From: Antedon mediterranea
Lineage: Eukaryota > Animalia > Echinodermata
Reading direction: 5' to 3'
Assembly (NCBI RefSeq): GCF_964355755.1
Contig: NC_092678.1
Location: 18,741,365-18,805,364, forward strand
DNA length: 64,000 nt
Part shown: positions 13,376-27,690 of the stretch, in pieces
How positions within the stretch are numbered: position 1 is the first letter of the stretch
Layout: the number at the start of each line of letters is the position of its first letter
The notes under the pieces: generated by a model
What the model saw: only the letters and a program-made list of their open reading frames with translations
Told to the model about the DNA's origin: nothing
Database searches by the model: none
Position numbers and translations under genes: made by a program

Positions 13376-16300
13376 ATGTATACCAGATTGATAACCGTTG
13401 TTATTCTTGCACTTCCATGGGTTGCATGGTCATTTGATCACCAGGTTTATGAGCAATGCTGTAAGTAGGACACTTATTATTTTCTTAAAGATTTATTGTC
13501 CCCCTGAAAATTGGTTCTTAACAACATTTTTGTTGAATATGCTATTTTAATGTAACATAATAGTTATCTACTTTGACCAACACTTGGATCGAAAAAAATG
13601 TATTTACTGGAAAAAACTGTAATTTAAAGCAATTTGGCTGCCAGAAAATGGGTTTTTTGTTGAATTTATTTTGTCATTTTATAAGTGAAAACATTATTTT
13701 TGTATGTGTTTTTTCTACGCAAGTGTTTAACTTTATTAAAACTACAAAATAACATATTATTCAAAGTCAAATTTAATTAATCTTCATATTCATGTTTTTG
13801 GGGACAATACATCCTTGACCAAATAAAATGTGATTCTAGCTAATATTCAAATTTGTGATGTGACTGTACGATCATTTCATTTTATTTATTTCGTCTCATA
13901 TATAACAAAAACTAACAAACAATAGAGAGAGACAGGATTCCCAAAAGCGAATTAAATCAAAAATTAACTTTAAATTTAATAACTATTTCAATATTTTCAC
14001 TGAGATCCAGCCACTTATGATACCCACGGTATTACAATTGTTCAGTAATTTTACTTTTGATTTTGTAGGTCGTATATTTGATGAACAATTTCCAACCAAT
14101 GAAAGTTCAACACGGTTTGGATACATAAAGGCTTCCCCTGCATTTGATAATGATACGGGTCCACGACCAGGAAAACGAGGTGAATCTGTTTGTTCACATA
14201 CAGACGAAGAAAATGGTAAGAATGATATTGTTACTCAAATATAATGCACGTACGTTGGTACGGTTGGTAAGGTTTCAACCTGACCACTTTTTGACAGAGG
14301 TTTTTTCGGAATCATGTGGCCCACATGGGACAATGTGTATTGTAATTTTGGGTGTAATGAGTATTACCAACATGAAATTCATGATTGCATATAAAATACA
14401 TTTGCAAAATTAGATTACAAGAGGGAGTAAAAAAATCATTCTGCTACTTAGGTAATGCCTTCACCATAACTAGTACACCAATCAATAATGTAGGCCTTTG
14501 GTGGAACGACTCACGACGACAAAATGCAGATGCCGATATCAATGTCTTCACAAATATTGATCATGCACACAATTTCTTTCAACAAAAATAATGTTTTTAA
14601 CTAATTTTACTATTTGTTTGCTTTAAATTACAATTTATTTCAGGTATACATTTTTAGATCCAATTTTGGTCAAAGTGAATACTTATTATGTAACCTTCTT
14701 AAAATACCATGTTCAACAAACAATGAAAGTGTTCAGAGGGACAGTTATATCTAATAAAAATAGGCAAAGTAGATTTATTTATTGTTTTTTAAGCTATTGG
14801 AACTTTCTGTTTTCTGAAAATATACATTATGCCAGGGAAGAGTGTATGCTTCTCAGTTTCATAAGCATTGTAACATTGATGTACATGGTCGCTGCAAATG
14901 AATATGAATAACATGGGTAAATTCCCAACAACATATGGCGATCCATCCCCACACTGCGGTTGTATAACCACGGTAGTCATAAAACGTATACAATCTCCTT
15001 TTAGATACTGCTTAGTGTGAGATTATTCAAATTTGATAATTTTGTCTATAGAACCGTGGTGGTACGTAAATTTACAAGATAACTACGTGATTGAATATGT
15101 TGTTCTATTCAACCGTCAAACAACCCGTAAGTTAGCACAAATCTATCTATCTAGTTGAAAATCGATTATAATTAATTACGTTATTACATGCGATTTAAAA
15201 TAATAATGTACGATGTTTGTAGTACAAACCTAACCTTATTATCACCAATGTTATGTATTTACTGTATTGTAGGCCTATCCATTTGAAAGAATATGATTAT
15301 CACATAATATAGGCGCGCCTAATAACAATTGTATTACCATTATACCATAATGATTCAGTATAACATTATTATCTATCCTGTTATAAATAATTAATTTTCT
15401 ATACGTTGGACCATTTATTTTATATTTATACTAACTCAAGTGTACTCGTGGAACCAAATCAAAGTTGTTTGTGTCGAATTGTAACAATACAGTTTTATTG
15501 TATCTTAGAAGACCGCCTGGAAGGTGCGCAGGTACGAGTCGGAACCAATACAAGACGTTTAAAGAGCAATGACGCGTGTGGAAAACCAGTATCCTACAAG
15601 GATGCGATGGTACCAGCTGGGATAATAGTGGTAGAATGTGAAAATGGCACAGAAGGCAACATTGTATCAGTCCAATTAGAAAACCAGACAAACTTTCTTA
15701 CATTGTGTGAAGTTAAAATATACGGCAGTCTAAACAATGGCAAGTATTGCGCAGGTTACTAATAGTGCCAAACAAATACACAATGAAAAATATATTTTGA
15801 AAATATCAAATATTATAAGATAATTTCTGTCACTGTATTTATCTCAGTGATGCTTGCCCAGTCTGTCAAAGTACATTTCATAGGCCTACCAAACTTGTGT
15901 TTTCAAACTTCGTGTTTACCATCGTTTAGAGAAGTATATGTTGTCTGCCTATATTACTTAGGCCTACTAGAGGCTGTCAATTGTTCATGTGCAGGATCAC
16001 ATTACCGCAAAGACTTTTATTTAAGTTTAAGTTCACACATCAGAGAACTAGTTTGCTACAACAGCGTAAACTGTTTATCAAAGGTCTACACTAGCAAACT
16101 TTAGTGAACCTTTCTTGCAAAACGCGTTTTTTAGTGTAGAAGTGAACAATAGACCTGAAACATTTTCATTTATTTTCAGAAGCAGATCTTGACATTCTGA
16201 CTACTGTCGTCACGGTTACCGATGATATTACCAGTCCTTCTTCTATTTGTATTGGAGAAGACCAAAATGTTAATGGTACTACGTACAGTTTTCCAGATGT

Positions 16301-19300
16301 TCCACTTGGTACAACTGCAAATTCAATACAAGACTGCCCTCTATATTCAAACAAAGGTAAACATTTAACAACCATAATCATAAGGTAAATCTATCGACGA
16401 GTGTATTCATAGAAAAGAAAATTGTTGAAATCAAGTTGCTTACAGAATACAAACCATCATGGCGTCGCTACGAGTGTAAATACGTGTTACTGAATAATAT
16501 GTGTGCAAATCTGATGGAAGTTGGAAGAAAAGAAAAAAAAACAAATGCGGATATAAAATAAACACGCTAAATGCACGAACATAGTCCTACTGCGTATAAC
16601 CATTTCTAAACTTGCCTTTAAAGTGATATATAATCTATATATAAATTTACGTAAGGGCAAAATTCGGTAAATCGCTCGTTATTTCTAGAATGTTTACTCG
16701 ATGGTATATAAAGTTGGTTAGAATCTCGGTACTGATTTAAACCACCAGCTGTAACCCTGTTTACTAATTAAATTGAGTTAGATAATTAGTTATTGACAAT
16801 AAAAACGAATTTAGGTTGAACGATTTGCCCCAAATAGGGATGTTTTCCGACCGTAGTATACACTGTCTAAAGCTTGGTTCCCACTAGAACGTAACGCAAG
16901 GACGTCAACGCAACGCAAGCGTTTAACCAATGACAAGCGAAGTTATAGACAGTTAGCAATCACAAGCGAATAAGCCATCGCTTGTGATTGGTCAATTCAC
17001 TTGCGTTGCGTTACGTCCTTGCGTTGCGTCTCTAGTGGGAACCAAGCATAATGGATGTCCTCTTAAAAAATACCTGCACACAATAATACGAGGATGCTTC
17101 GCATTTTCCTATCTCCTCCTACGATAATTGTTTTTAATAGCTGAAAACCGGTTGAACAGCTCGAGTACAGTATCATAATGTTGAAGAAAGGCCGATTTTC
17201 TTTAAAAAATACTATTTTGATAGATTTAATATACGTTTATACAAATGTATTGATTTGCGATGAATGGAACATTCCAATCTCTCAGACTCTCAGTTTGTAG
17301 GTAAATTTATGAGCCCTCCATGGTTTAACACAAGTAGGTAAATGTATGGGCCCTTTGAGAATAAACTTAAAACTGAGATATAGCATTGCAATACTTTAAC
17401 AATATTGTAAATACTGTACGTAATAACCATTTTTGGTCGCCATTTGAATCGAAATGTTCTTACTGTGAATGTGATTACTGTTTATTAAATTAATTAGTAA
17501 TTATAAAAAATATAAACGTCGTAGTGGTGTATCGTTACATGTACCTTACTAATTCAATCGACTATAATAGGGACAGATTTATTTTTTTGGACTCATTTTA
17601 AGACAAGTTTCTCCTTCGGAAGTAGGCCTAATTCCCAGTGTGTTAATTTTTGTTGACTACATTAATCATCGTGTCTATTTATTCGTTTCTGATAATGTAT
17701 TTATAGTCCTGCGGTACGTACATTTGAAATCGCCAGTTTTTTGACGCTGAAATTACTGTGTATTTGAGAACCATCTAGTTAATATTAATGAACTGTAAAT
17801 AAATGGATAAAAATTATTTATATTTTTGTAATACAGGAAAAAATGCTTCTCTTGCGACGCGACACTGTGCTGGAGATGTCTTAACAGGAGCTGCATGGGG
17901 ATTCATCATTGTAACAGACTGTGGAATTGAAACAACATCAAGCAAAATACAAATATTATATGAGGTAACACAATGTATCATTACTATTTGGTACCACATG
18001 TACTTAAGTATTAGTACTACTACACGGTAAAATGTTATATGCATTGGTAGTATTAAAACGTTCTAGTGCACTTTCAAATTTCAAAAATTGTAGTTGCGAG
18101 CCTGTAGACTACTGTATTTTAATTCGAGTCCGCGCCTTGCAAAATATAACTGTCAATATTTTAAAGCATAAACTGTTTTCCCCATTAAACTCATAAACTT
18201 TCAATATTTATCTTTTTATTATCTTACTGTTAACAAACTACACATAATGCAATAATAAAAATGGATAGATAATGAAAACAAAGAAACATTCAAGTGAAAC
18301 AAATACATTCTCCTTAAGCAATACCGGAATCCTGTAGACTTTCTTAAATGTTTTTATTTCCTTTTTGCCAGACTAAAGTTACTGAAAATAATAGTGTTGC
18401 TGTAGCCAATGATCTTGCATACCTCACAAATAATACGGAAGACCTTGATGAAGAGACGGTTCAGTTAGTTGCAGAAATTTTAAAAGATATCGTTAATCTC
18501 GAACTACCTGATGAAAACGTAATTTATCTTTTTTAAACCAATCATGATGATGCTTTTTAAATAGAATGTAAAGAAATTACTTATTCTCTCCATTTAATTT
18601 ATAAGCAATATTACTTTATTTTATTTTACATAATTGTTCTTAAATAAATGTATTACTTAATCTGCTGCTTCTATCTTTCATCAATGTCAAATGTTAGGTG
18701 GAAGACTAAAACAGAACAGTTATAGACGAGGCACAATAGGCATATATTTTGGTTTTTCCAAGCCTACAATCCACATCATTTCGTTGAAAAAACGTCTCAA
18801 AAGCTTACGAAAAGCTAAACAGTCAATAACTTTCATTATCAAATCCGTTAGTAACCAAGCAAATTTCACGGAAACATATAGTTGTTGACACATTTGCCTT
18901 ACCAAAACCAAACTATTCTTCTTCTAGATAACATTAGATGTGGTTGAGGTTGTTGATAACATAATCGATTCTGGTGTGTTTGACTCCGAAACATCAATGA
19001 GAGAAACGGCATCCTCATTTGTGACATCACTAGAAAGACAACTCGCAACAATGGCAGTGGAAGGCATTAACTTCACCAGTGTACAACCACACGTTGGTGT
19101 GATGACTCTTGCCATCAACACGGCATCTCTTGTGAATGATTTAGCATACGTTTCTATTTCAGACGGTGACTCGCTCAAGACATTATTCGAAGCAGATAAT
19201 ATAAATGCACATTATGAGAAGACAATCCCTTTAGAAATGGTTGGTGCTTCCATCGCACTTTCAACCGAGGTCATCTCAATTGATCAGAATAAGACGAGAG

Positions 19301-22300
19301 AAGACGAGATCCGAGTTTATTTTACAGTTTACCAGAACAGTTCCTTGTTTATTTCAAAAATGTTGGTTAATGATTCTAGCGAAGATTTACCGCCTCAAGT
19401 TAATAGTCACGTCATTTCCGCTTCAGTAGATGCAATTGAAATTGACGGGTTGGTAACCCCAATAAGGGCTGCGTTTTTACCACGTTTTGTAAGTACTGTA
19501 TAATATTACATAATTTCAAGCCATAATTACCTATGCTAATTAATACTATCCCCAACTAAATATACAATCTATCAAATATCATAGATTAACTACAACAGCT
19601 TTCCATACTGTCTAGTAATAGATACATTGAATTAATTTTTAAATATTGGTTTGTTATCTACATTTTATTTAGAAAACTAGTAATACAAAATGTGTTTTCT
19701 GGGACTTTTCTCTTGACGATGGAATTGGTGATTGGTCAAGAGATGGCTGTCGGCTAGATGAAACGATTGACGGTCGTGTTGTATGCTTATGTGACCATCT
19801 TACTAACTTTGCTATCCTAGTTGTAAGTAGTGATCGAATTTAAATGTAAACATTTCTTATCGTATATTATTAATGCACGTGTAAATGACAACCAAATCGG
19901 CAGTGTCAGACGTATTCATGTTTTCAAAACTTGATCTGGAGTTGTGGCTTGTTGGTTATGATGCTTGGCTACCACTCATGGGTTCAAACCCCGTCACATG
20001 TCAGGATTTTTTCAAAGAACACAATTGCATCTCCACTTCCAAAGACTTGTAATAAGACTTTTTTTATGTTGAGCATCTTGTGTACAATGTCTGTATGAAC
20101 ATCTGAGGGTCCCTGATGATCAGCAATTGCTGGATGGATCAAATACAATGCTGGATTAAATATGGTAAAAAAAAAATCTGCCATGAGTTCTGTTCCGGCG
20201 ATTTCTCATTCGGGAGCTTCAATGTGCTGAAGAGCGGAGCGGTAACAATTACTATGTGTCTCTTCAAATTATATGTTTAAGAAGCCATTATTATTTGTTA
20301 TCATCGAGCAGAAAAAAACCTTGCGTACTCGATCATGCATTTCAAATACATGTTGAAAACATTTAATTCTATATCAGTGTATTATATCACTTGTATGCTA
20401 CAAAATATTATTTTTTTTTTCCATTTCAACTTCTCAATTCAACTTTTAAGGATTATTACGAACAAGAGGTTTCAGGGTTTTATGAGGTATTAGCTGTAAT
20501 CAGTTTGATTGGATGTATTGTTTCTATCGTTGGTTTAGCCAGTACAATTGCTACACACCTTTTCTTTAAGTAAGTAATGGTAATTTGTTCTAAATATGTT
20601 TCAGACCTCATATATCCCAATTTGCAAATGTAATGATTTGTTACATTGTACAATAACACTAAAATGAAGCAAATCAAGCCAGTCCTAAACCTTCTAGGCA
20701 AAAAATCGACGACAAGTTAACTCGGCCTCATGTTAACTTGGCCTCGTACTCTATCCCAAACAAAAATAGCACAAGTAAATTTCCTGGAGATGGGGTCGGA
20801 TCTGTCAGTGCATAATTGTATTCGGCCTATTTCTGTTTAAATTTTGTTTTAAATTATATTTAATATAATTGTCCACACTTATTATATACGTATTTCATAA
20901 AGCCACGTTTAAACTATTATATCACCAATGTATTATGTCTTAAGTAATGTATGCACTACAAATAAAGAAAAAAATAAAGCTTGCTCATTCTCATCCCTGA
21001 GGACGATCGAAGTCTACTGATTGAAGCATATTGAATGAAACGTCGATAAACCCATCAGTTCTTTTCAGAAATACATACGTGGTGTAAAGCAACTTTATAC
21101 CAACACACTTTTTGTCATTGCAGATCACTTCGAAGCAAAGTTCCTCAGAAAATTCTCATCAACCTATCAATAACATTGTTATCTCTGTATCTCGTGTTTG
21201 CGATTGGCATTAAACAGACAGGTTCTAGACATGGATGCATCACTGTAGCAGTCTTGGTTCATTACTTTGGACTTGCCTCTATATTCTGGATGTCAATTGA
21301 AGCTATAAACATGTATCTTATGCTCGTCAAAGTCTTCTACGATAACATCGAACACTTTATGCTGAAAGTGTGTGTAGTAGGCTACGGTGAATGTTTTGTT
21401 ATTTGCACATTTAAGTGCCTTTCACACATGCTCCGGTTCCGGTTCCTGTTCCGGAGCCGGAAAGTCGCGTCTCAACGCAACGACGCGCCACGCGTCTACA
21501 CTGTGCGCGTATGCATAGTAAATTGAGTGATGAGAGCCGCGTGCAGCGTCGTGAAAACAAAAGCGGCAAATGATATACTGTACTCGTATTCTGACACGAA
21601 GTTAAGGGCCTTTCACACCTGCTCCGGCACGGTTCCGGTCCGGCGACGGCAAATCCAATCGAACGTCAATGTTTCGTTTTCACGCGGCTACGCGCATATC
21701 AATTGGTGCTTGGCCGCGTGGAGCGTCGTAAAAACGAGACATTTAACTGGAGCCGACCGGAACGGGGCATGTGTGACCCTTTACAGTAACTGCAGCTGCA
21801 TTTTAAATTATAAGATTTATCATTTACTAAGCTTTCTTTTATTGTAGGTATTCCTCTGATAATTGTTACAGTCTGCCTGTGTACTGACGTAGATTACTAC
21901 TACAACACCAGCTAGTAAGTACGGTATTCTATGTCTTTCTATTATGTATATCGTTGAGTAGTTATGTAAACTTACCTGACTATACTGATGAGACTTTTCA
22001 ACTTATGAAGATTACTACTTTGGGTAATTTCTTGTGTGTGTGAGCGCTAGATACTAAAAGTTATGTTATAAAAACGTGCCCTATATTCTTTTAAGTCACT
22101 TCGCCTCCGTATTTTTATTTCCATCGATCCCATGCAATTCAGGGGATAAGGGTACTTGGACGGGTCTGGTAAATTGACGACTTTAGATATTTGCTCATTG
22201 CTTCTAATAGTTTTCTGAACACACGAAGGTGTGCCAAAATATGTATCTTTTACTAGTTTTAAGTCCAGTCGGCTGACAACCACATTACGTGCGCATACGG

Positions 22301-23037
22301 GTACATGCTCCCTCGTCCCTCACCTCGACATCGTTTTAATTGTTTTTTTTGGTCAATATGACGACCGCCGAAACATCGATTGACCTGACCTAGGTAGGTC
22401 TATAGGTCGTCGAAAAGTGTACGCTCTCTAGTTACTAATATGGTTTATCCTTGGTACCTACTGTAGGTTCTGTAGGTTTAGAACATTACTTTATTTGCTG
22501 TCCCGGTTTTTTTTTAAAACAAAGACAATTATTTTTTCCCGCAGCTGTTTTGTTCCGTCAGGAAGTATTCGCAACTATGGCTTCATTCTGATTGTTGGTA
22601 TACTTCTGCTTTTTAATGTTGGAGCGTTCATTCTAATAATGCACAAATTGACTTGCGGACGAAATGTTGCCTTATCGACGCGAGGTGAAGTTTCAAAACG
22701 TCTCCAAACTTCCGTTGGACTTTCGGTACTATTGGGCCTAACATGGGTTTTGGGATTCCTCGCAATCGATGCAGACTCGTCCTCTCGCGACGCGTTTCAG
22801 TTGTTATTCTGTGTCTTCAACTCTCTGCAAGGCCTCTTCATTTTTCTGTTTTTCTGCGTACGTCAGAAGAACGTTCGTGACGCCTGGATGTCCTGTTGCA
22901 AAGAAAGGGACAGCAGAGCTACGAGATCTAAATGTGCTATCGTTAGCAATACGGGCAAAACTAATGGTATACAAATGACAAGCTATTCCAGTCATGATAC
23001 AAATATTACCAGTCAAAACAACGAATATAATATGTAA
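13376..23037 (+). CDS. Adhesion GPCR G2: signal peptide - F-type lectin (FTP/fucolectin) domain - HRM - GAIN/GPS - 7TM
   Basis: Exons 13376-13460 (MYTRLITVVILALPWVAWSF...), 14069-14215 (..ESST..AFD..CSHT), 15052-15126 (EPWWYVNL..NR), 15509-15739 (..VRVG..CG..LTLCEVKIYG), 16180-16356, 17837-17964, 18372-18518, 18928-19488, 19673-19822 (CDHL/TNFAILV), 20451-20569, 21124-21386, 21848-21914, 22545-23037. Frame is open throughout. Confidence 0.9.
13489..13814. mobile_element. Kolobok-like non-autonomous TIR element in G2 intron 1
   Basis: ttaa|agatttattgtcccc ... ggggacaatacatcc|ttga; same termini as 35087-35622. Confidence 0.5.
16634..17778 (+). mobile_element. Non-autonomous Helitron copy C
   Basis: A|TCTATATATAAATTTACG ... 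gagaaccatCTAG|T; collinear with copy A; terminal hairpin deleted. Confidence 0.78.
16871..17048. mobile_element. PIF/Harbinger-type MITE nested in Helitron C
   Basis: TIR agcttggttcccactag; TAA duplicated on both sides; the site is empty in Helitron copy A. Confidence 0.85.
19943..20260 (+). mobile_element. tRNA-derived SINE (degenerate)
   Basis: A-box-like TGGCTTGTTGG and B-box GGTTCAAACCC; 3' boundary approximate. Confidence 0.45.
21413..21783. mobile_element. Harbinger-like MITE (two left ends, one right end)
   Basis: gcctttcacac(a/c)tgctccgg at ~21417 and ~21608; inverted end ggggcatgtgtgaccct at ~21764-21780. Confidence 0.5.
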
Positions 23038-23213
23038 AACCTGAAGAGGATGTATATATAATTTGTATTACTGTTCCGATGTGGTTAATAATATATATAA
23101 TGTTATGATTCACTTTTAGTGAGACTGCCTAGCTAGATTTTTTACACAAAACTATAAAGGTGAAAAATAATCCTTACAATTTTTGTTTTTGAATATGCTA
23201 TTTTAATGTTTAA

Positions 23214-23611
23214 GGCCCATTCACACTAGGACGATAACGATCGACGATAAATTTATAAGCATGCATTTTTTTAACATAAAACAAAAGAAATTAGAAAGGG
23301 TTTCGTACTAGGACTATAGGATAATCTTTTATGCTGTCTTTGATAAAAATAATATTTTTAAAATTCCAATCAAATGACGTCATGATACATAAAAACAATA
23401 AAATCGTTGTATTGTCACGATATTATTGCTCTTACTAATCATGACGTCATTTGATTGGACGTGTGAAAATATAATTTTCATTAAAGGAAGCATAGATGGT
23501 TATTCTATAGTTCTAGAATGAAAAGGTTTTATTTTTCTTTTATTTTATGTATGAAAAATGCAAATTGTTGTCTATTATCGTCGATCGTTATCGTCCTAGT
23601 GTGAATGGGCC
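23214..23611. mobile_element. Fold-back MITE flanked by TTAA, inserted in a remnant of the Kolobok-like family
   Basis: TIR ggcccattcacactaggacgataacgatcgacgataa, with further imperfect internal inverted symmetry. Flanks resemble 13530-13650. Confidence 0.85.
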
Positions 23612-24329
23612 TTAATTCACCTTATCTCCACCTTATCCAAAAATTGGAGGAAAAAATGTATATACCCGACAAAAACTGTAATTTAAATTTAAAAAATGCC
23701 AGCCAAATATGCCAAAATATGCTTGGGAATGTATAATGAAAACAAAGAACTTATACTTTTATGAGACTTTAATAGAGATTATAAATTAGACATTGGCAAA
23801 ATCAATATAATATAAGAATACCATAAACAAACTAGAAAATATTTTTAAGTTAACACCGATTGCTAACGATATTGTATCTTTTCTGGTGGGTAAGCCTTAA
23901 AGTTCTTTGAACTTATTTGCCCACCAGCCACACATCTTTCTTGTATATATATATGTTTATTGTTACTTAATTATCATATTCATTTTGTGTGGAAAATCAA
24001 TAAAAACAAACAAACAAACATAAAACAAGGGTCACTAAACAATCAGTGACATGTTGACTTGGTATTATCATCAATTCCCGAACGTCATGTACTAACTGGA
24101 GTCGCTCATTATATCATTAAATAACCATTCCTTAGTTTATACATATATCTAGAAAAAGAAAATAAAAGCAATAGATGTAAGACAAATACTTGTAGAAATT
24201 TTAAAAACGTTAACAAATAATCATTTATCGGATATTTACAAGGAAATAATGAAATGAATGAATTAACTAATAAAGATGACGAAGAAAATAAATAATAATA
24301 AATGATCTATTTTGAACAACATTTCAAAT

Positions 24330-24860
24330 AAGAAGAAATTATGCAATATCATGTTTAATGTTCAAATGTTTTAATGGCACTGCATCTTCAAGACTATGTA
24401 ATGATATGGGAATGGTGTTCGATAGACATTTTTATAGCACTAGTCAATCTAATACACTCAATATGGTTCCCCCTGAGCCACATATAAAGATAATGAGCAC
24501 TTCACTCAAATTTGCCGGCGCTTATGTATAGAATGATCTAACAGAACTTAAAGTTTAGATCAGATTGTAAAACAAAATATTTCAATATAAATCATCACTA
24601 TTTTAACATTTTGCGAACAGTTTTATTTAGGGATTTGGGGATTCATTAGAAATGATGTCTTTTTAAGCTATTTAATTGCCAAGGTTTAAATAACCATCCA
24701 TGCTTCCAGGTAAATTACATTCTTATTATTCCGTTTTTTTTCCACTCCATATATCATATAATGTATACATATATTTGTCTTTGTATTGTCATTGTTATTA
24801 GTTTTAAAGAGTTTGTTTCTATATTTTTTTACCTTTACTTAATTTACATTGTTGAATAAA
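24330..24860 (+). mobile_element. Degenerate CR1/L2-group LINE 3' remnant
   Basis: YSTSQSNTLNMVPP...SLKFAGAYV*NDL resembles the ORF2 C-terminus; aataaa near 24855. Confidence 0.35.
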
Positions 24861-25922
24861 TCCGATATTCACGTGTTGCACTTTATGTAAAAATGTTGAT
24901 TCTTTCATTGTCTCTTCTTGCCTTTTATACCGTACTTTTTTTATAACATAATGCCTACTACTATTAATAGACAACTTATTTTATACACTAAAACCTATAA
25001 AATTGGTTGTTTTACGACACACTTTATTCTCATTATTAAAATGATAAATCGAAATATCTCAAAGCCGGAAGTACTAATACATAATACTATTTATAGCTTT
25101 AACCAAACAAACCGCTAATAATTACACAATCATATATAATTAAACATTCGGAGGAGAATAGTTTTCTTAAAAAATATGGCTTGGTTAGCGTATGTCGGAT
25201 TAATCGCTGTGGCAACCCATGCATTGTCTTTGATGTCTTTGGCATGGTCATTTCACACGCTAACTTATGAAGAATGCTGTAAGTGTAAGTACTTTATGTT
25301 AGGAAGCTTTTGAACCAGACGATATAAATATATATTACGAGACTATTTTTCCTTTTGAAGTCATATCAGCGTCAATGTCTATTTCGCCTGAGATATTCTT
25401 AATTAGCCAAGCTCAAATTGACGTAGATTAGATCCGATTGTTGATTACGGTTTATCAGAATAGTTCGTTGTTTATTTCGAACAATTTGGATAAAGCCTCT
25501 GTAGAAGGATTTACTCGTCGAGTCAAACCAAGTGACATAGTCTAGAGTAAAGAGTATATAAACACATAAACATTTGTTAAAGATTAATTTGTGTAAAACA
25601 AAACGGCTTACATTGGAACATATTGTATGCACTTGTTATATTTATACAAACGTGATTTTGTATAGCTGAATAAACGCATAATTATAGGCCTGTGAATCTA
25701 ATAGTCGTTTCTTGTGTTTGGTTCCTGGCACTACGACGCAATATAAGGAAGTTAGCGCAACGCAAGTAATGTGTAGTACTAATAATTTAAAAATGTTTTC
25801 TTTTTGTACAGGAAATTACCAACAATGTTTCCTGGAATTTTTCGCTTAATGGCGGATTAGGTGATTGCTCAAACAAAGGATGTGACCTAAATGGAACAAC
25901 AGACGGTCGTGTTCTATGCTTA

Positions 25923-27070
25923 TTTATTTATATATTTATTTATTTATTTGGAATTACACCTTTAGGTCGGTGGCACACTTAGCAAAAAGGTGCATCCTTT
26001 ACAATAACAATATAAAATATAACAATTAACAGAAAAGTAAAAAGGCAAAAGCAACTATCAACACCTATCCTACCCCCCCCCCACCCCCACCACTAATTTA
26101 CATCGATACATACAGTAGATCATTACTTTACACAAATGAATACAAAACAAAATATAGCAAAAGTGTATTAAATAAAATCACCTGACTAAATACAGGTTAT
26201 TACGTAAATCCACCAACCCCCTGACCCACCCCTTTTCAATTTACTTAATGTAGCAATGTAGATAACATAGTTATTGAGTCATGGAATTCAGTGAATCATT
26301 TCGAAGTTTCCATGCTTGTTTTAGATATCTTTTACAAAAACTATCAAAAATATTTTCACACTCTTCATCAATTAAATTATCTGAGTATCCCAAAATATAT
26401 TTAAGTTTGTCATTTTCATGAGAAGTATAAAAAGTATCAAACATATCTTTGTTGCCATTTCTATACATATCCACATATAAATTAAATAATTCCTGATTAC
26501 GTATATTATTTAAAGCTGGACAATTAAGGATGTGTACCGCATAATTTACATTTTTTATTATAATCAATATTCCAATTTGCAGTTCTATCATTCAAAGGTA
26601 GAGTATTTGAACGAGCTTTAAATGTTAATGCAGCACCTTCAAAATTAGTTTTATCAATTAAGTAGTTTTCAAGTCCATGTTTTGATTTTAGTGTTTCATA
26701 GATTTGGAGACTTGATTTATTTTGTAATTGAATTCTCCATTCATCTATCATTATTATAGAGTTAAGTTTTCTTAAGATTTCAGAAATTGGAAAGTAGACT
26801 TCTTTATAATTTGAGAGAGTAGTGAAAATATTGTTGGAATCACAATTACACTTCAAGGGAATATCGTTTATACAAGATAGAAACTTATACCTTAAGTCTT
26901 TAAATTCACAATTAAGTTGTAGCATTCCAATAAACATAATTTTTGGCCATCGATAGTTTTCCATCTTTATAATTCTATGGAAGTATTTCATACGAAGAGC
27001 GTTATGGATCTCGTTAATTGGAGACCAACCAAGCTCTCCATATAAGGCGGCACAAGGTGTATTTAAAGCT
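25923..27070 (-). mobile_element. 5'-truncated non-LTR retrotransposon (LINE ORF2 C-terminus) inserted in the G3 GPS exon
   Basis: TPCAALYGELGWSPI...MKYFHRIIKM...RWPK...RSNTLPL...CKLC / HILNCP (broken CCHC knuckle); (TAAA)n tail at ~25923-25949. Confidence 0.85.
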
Positions 27071-27434
27071 CATCTAACCAACTTCGCGATTCTTGTAGTA
27101 AGTATTTAGACAAGTCAGGAGAAATAAATTAATACTGTACTAGATATACAATAATACTAACGACAGAAATTATTTATTCTTATAATTATTTCATATGTAG
27201 CGATGAGTAATTCCTAATTTTTTAGGACTATTACGAACGTGAAGATGCTCACAATGCTTTATCACTATCAGTTTGATCGGATGCATTGTTTCTGTTGTCT
27301 GCTTGGCGATTACAATTATCACACACATTTACCTTAAGTAAGTACTTTAAGTAGAAAAGGGATACAAACACGTGCACACATGCATGTATTTTAATAAAAA
27401 TAATATATTTACTGCTATTCCTCCTCCTCCAATA

Positions 27435-27690
27435 TACATCCTTGGCTTTGCTTCACGAACGAAGATTTTATGTCCACGTCTGTCACAGGCTCGTTTGTGG
27501 CTTAAAAGTCCGATGCAAGAAAGGCATGTCCGTCCACAACGGCTGCAGAAGAATGTCGGGTGCAACTCTTGTGGTTGTGGTTCAACATTTCGGTTTTTTC
27601 TCTTTTTTCTTTTTTCTTCAAGGGCTATCTTGCATGTGTTTTCGAAAAAGTTGACCGCTTGGTTGGTGGTGTGACGCCAGGCCACACTGT
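27435..27690 (-). mobile_element. RTE-clade LINE 3' fragment
   Basis: WR...FE...EEKRKKRK...FFCSRCGRTCLSCIGLLSHKRAC matches the typical RTE C-terminal zinc finger. Confidence 0.75.

Noticed and set aside
20990-21070. Second hammerhead-like motif (ctgaggac...gaaacgtcg)
   Set aside because: Stems are not convincingly paired; at best a decayed Penelope remnant.
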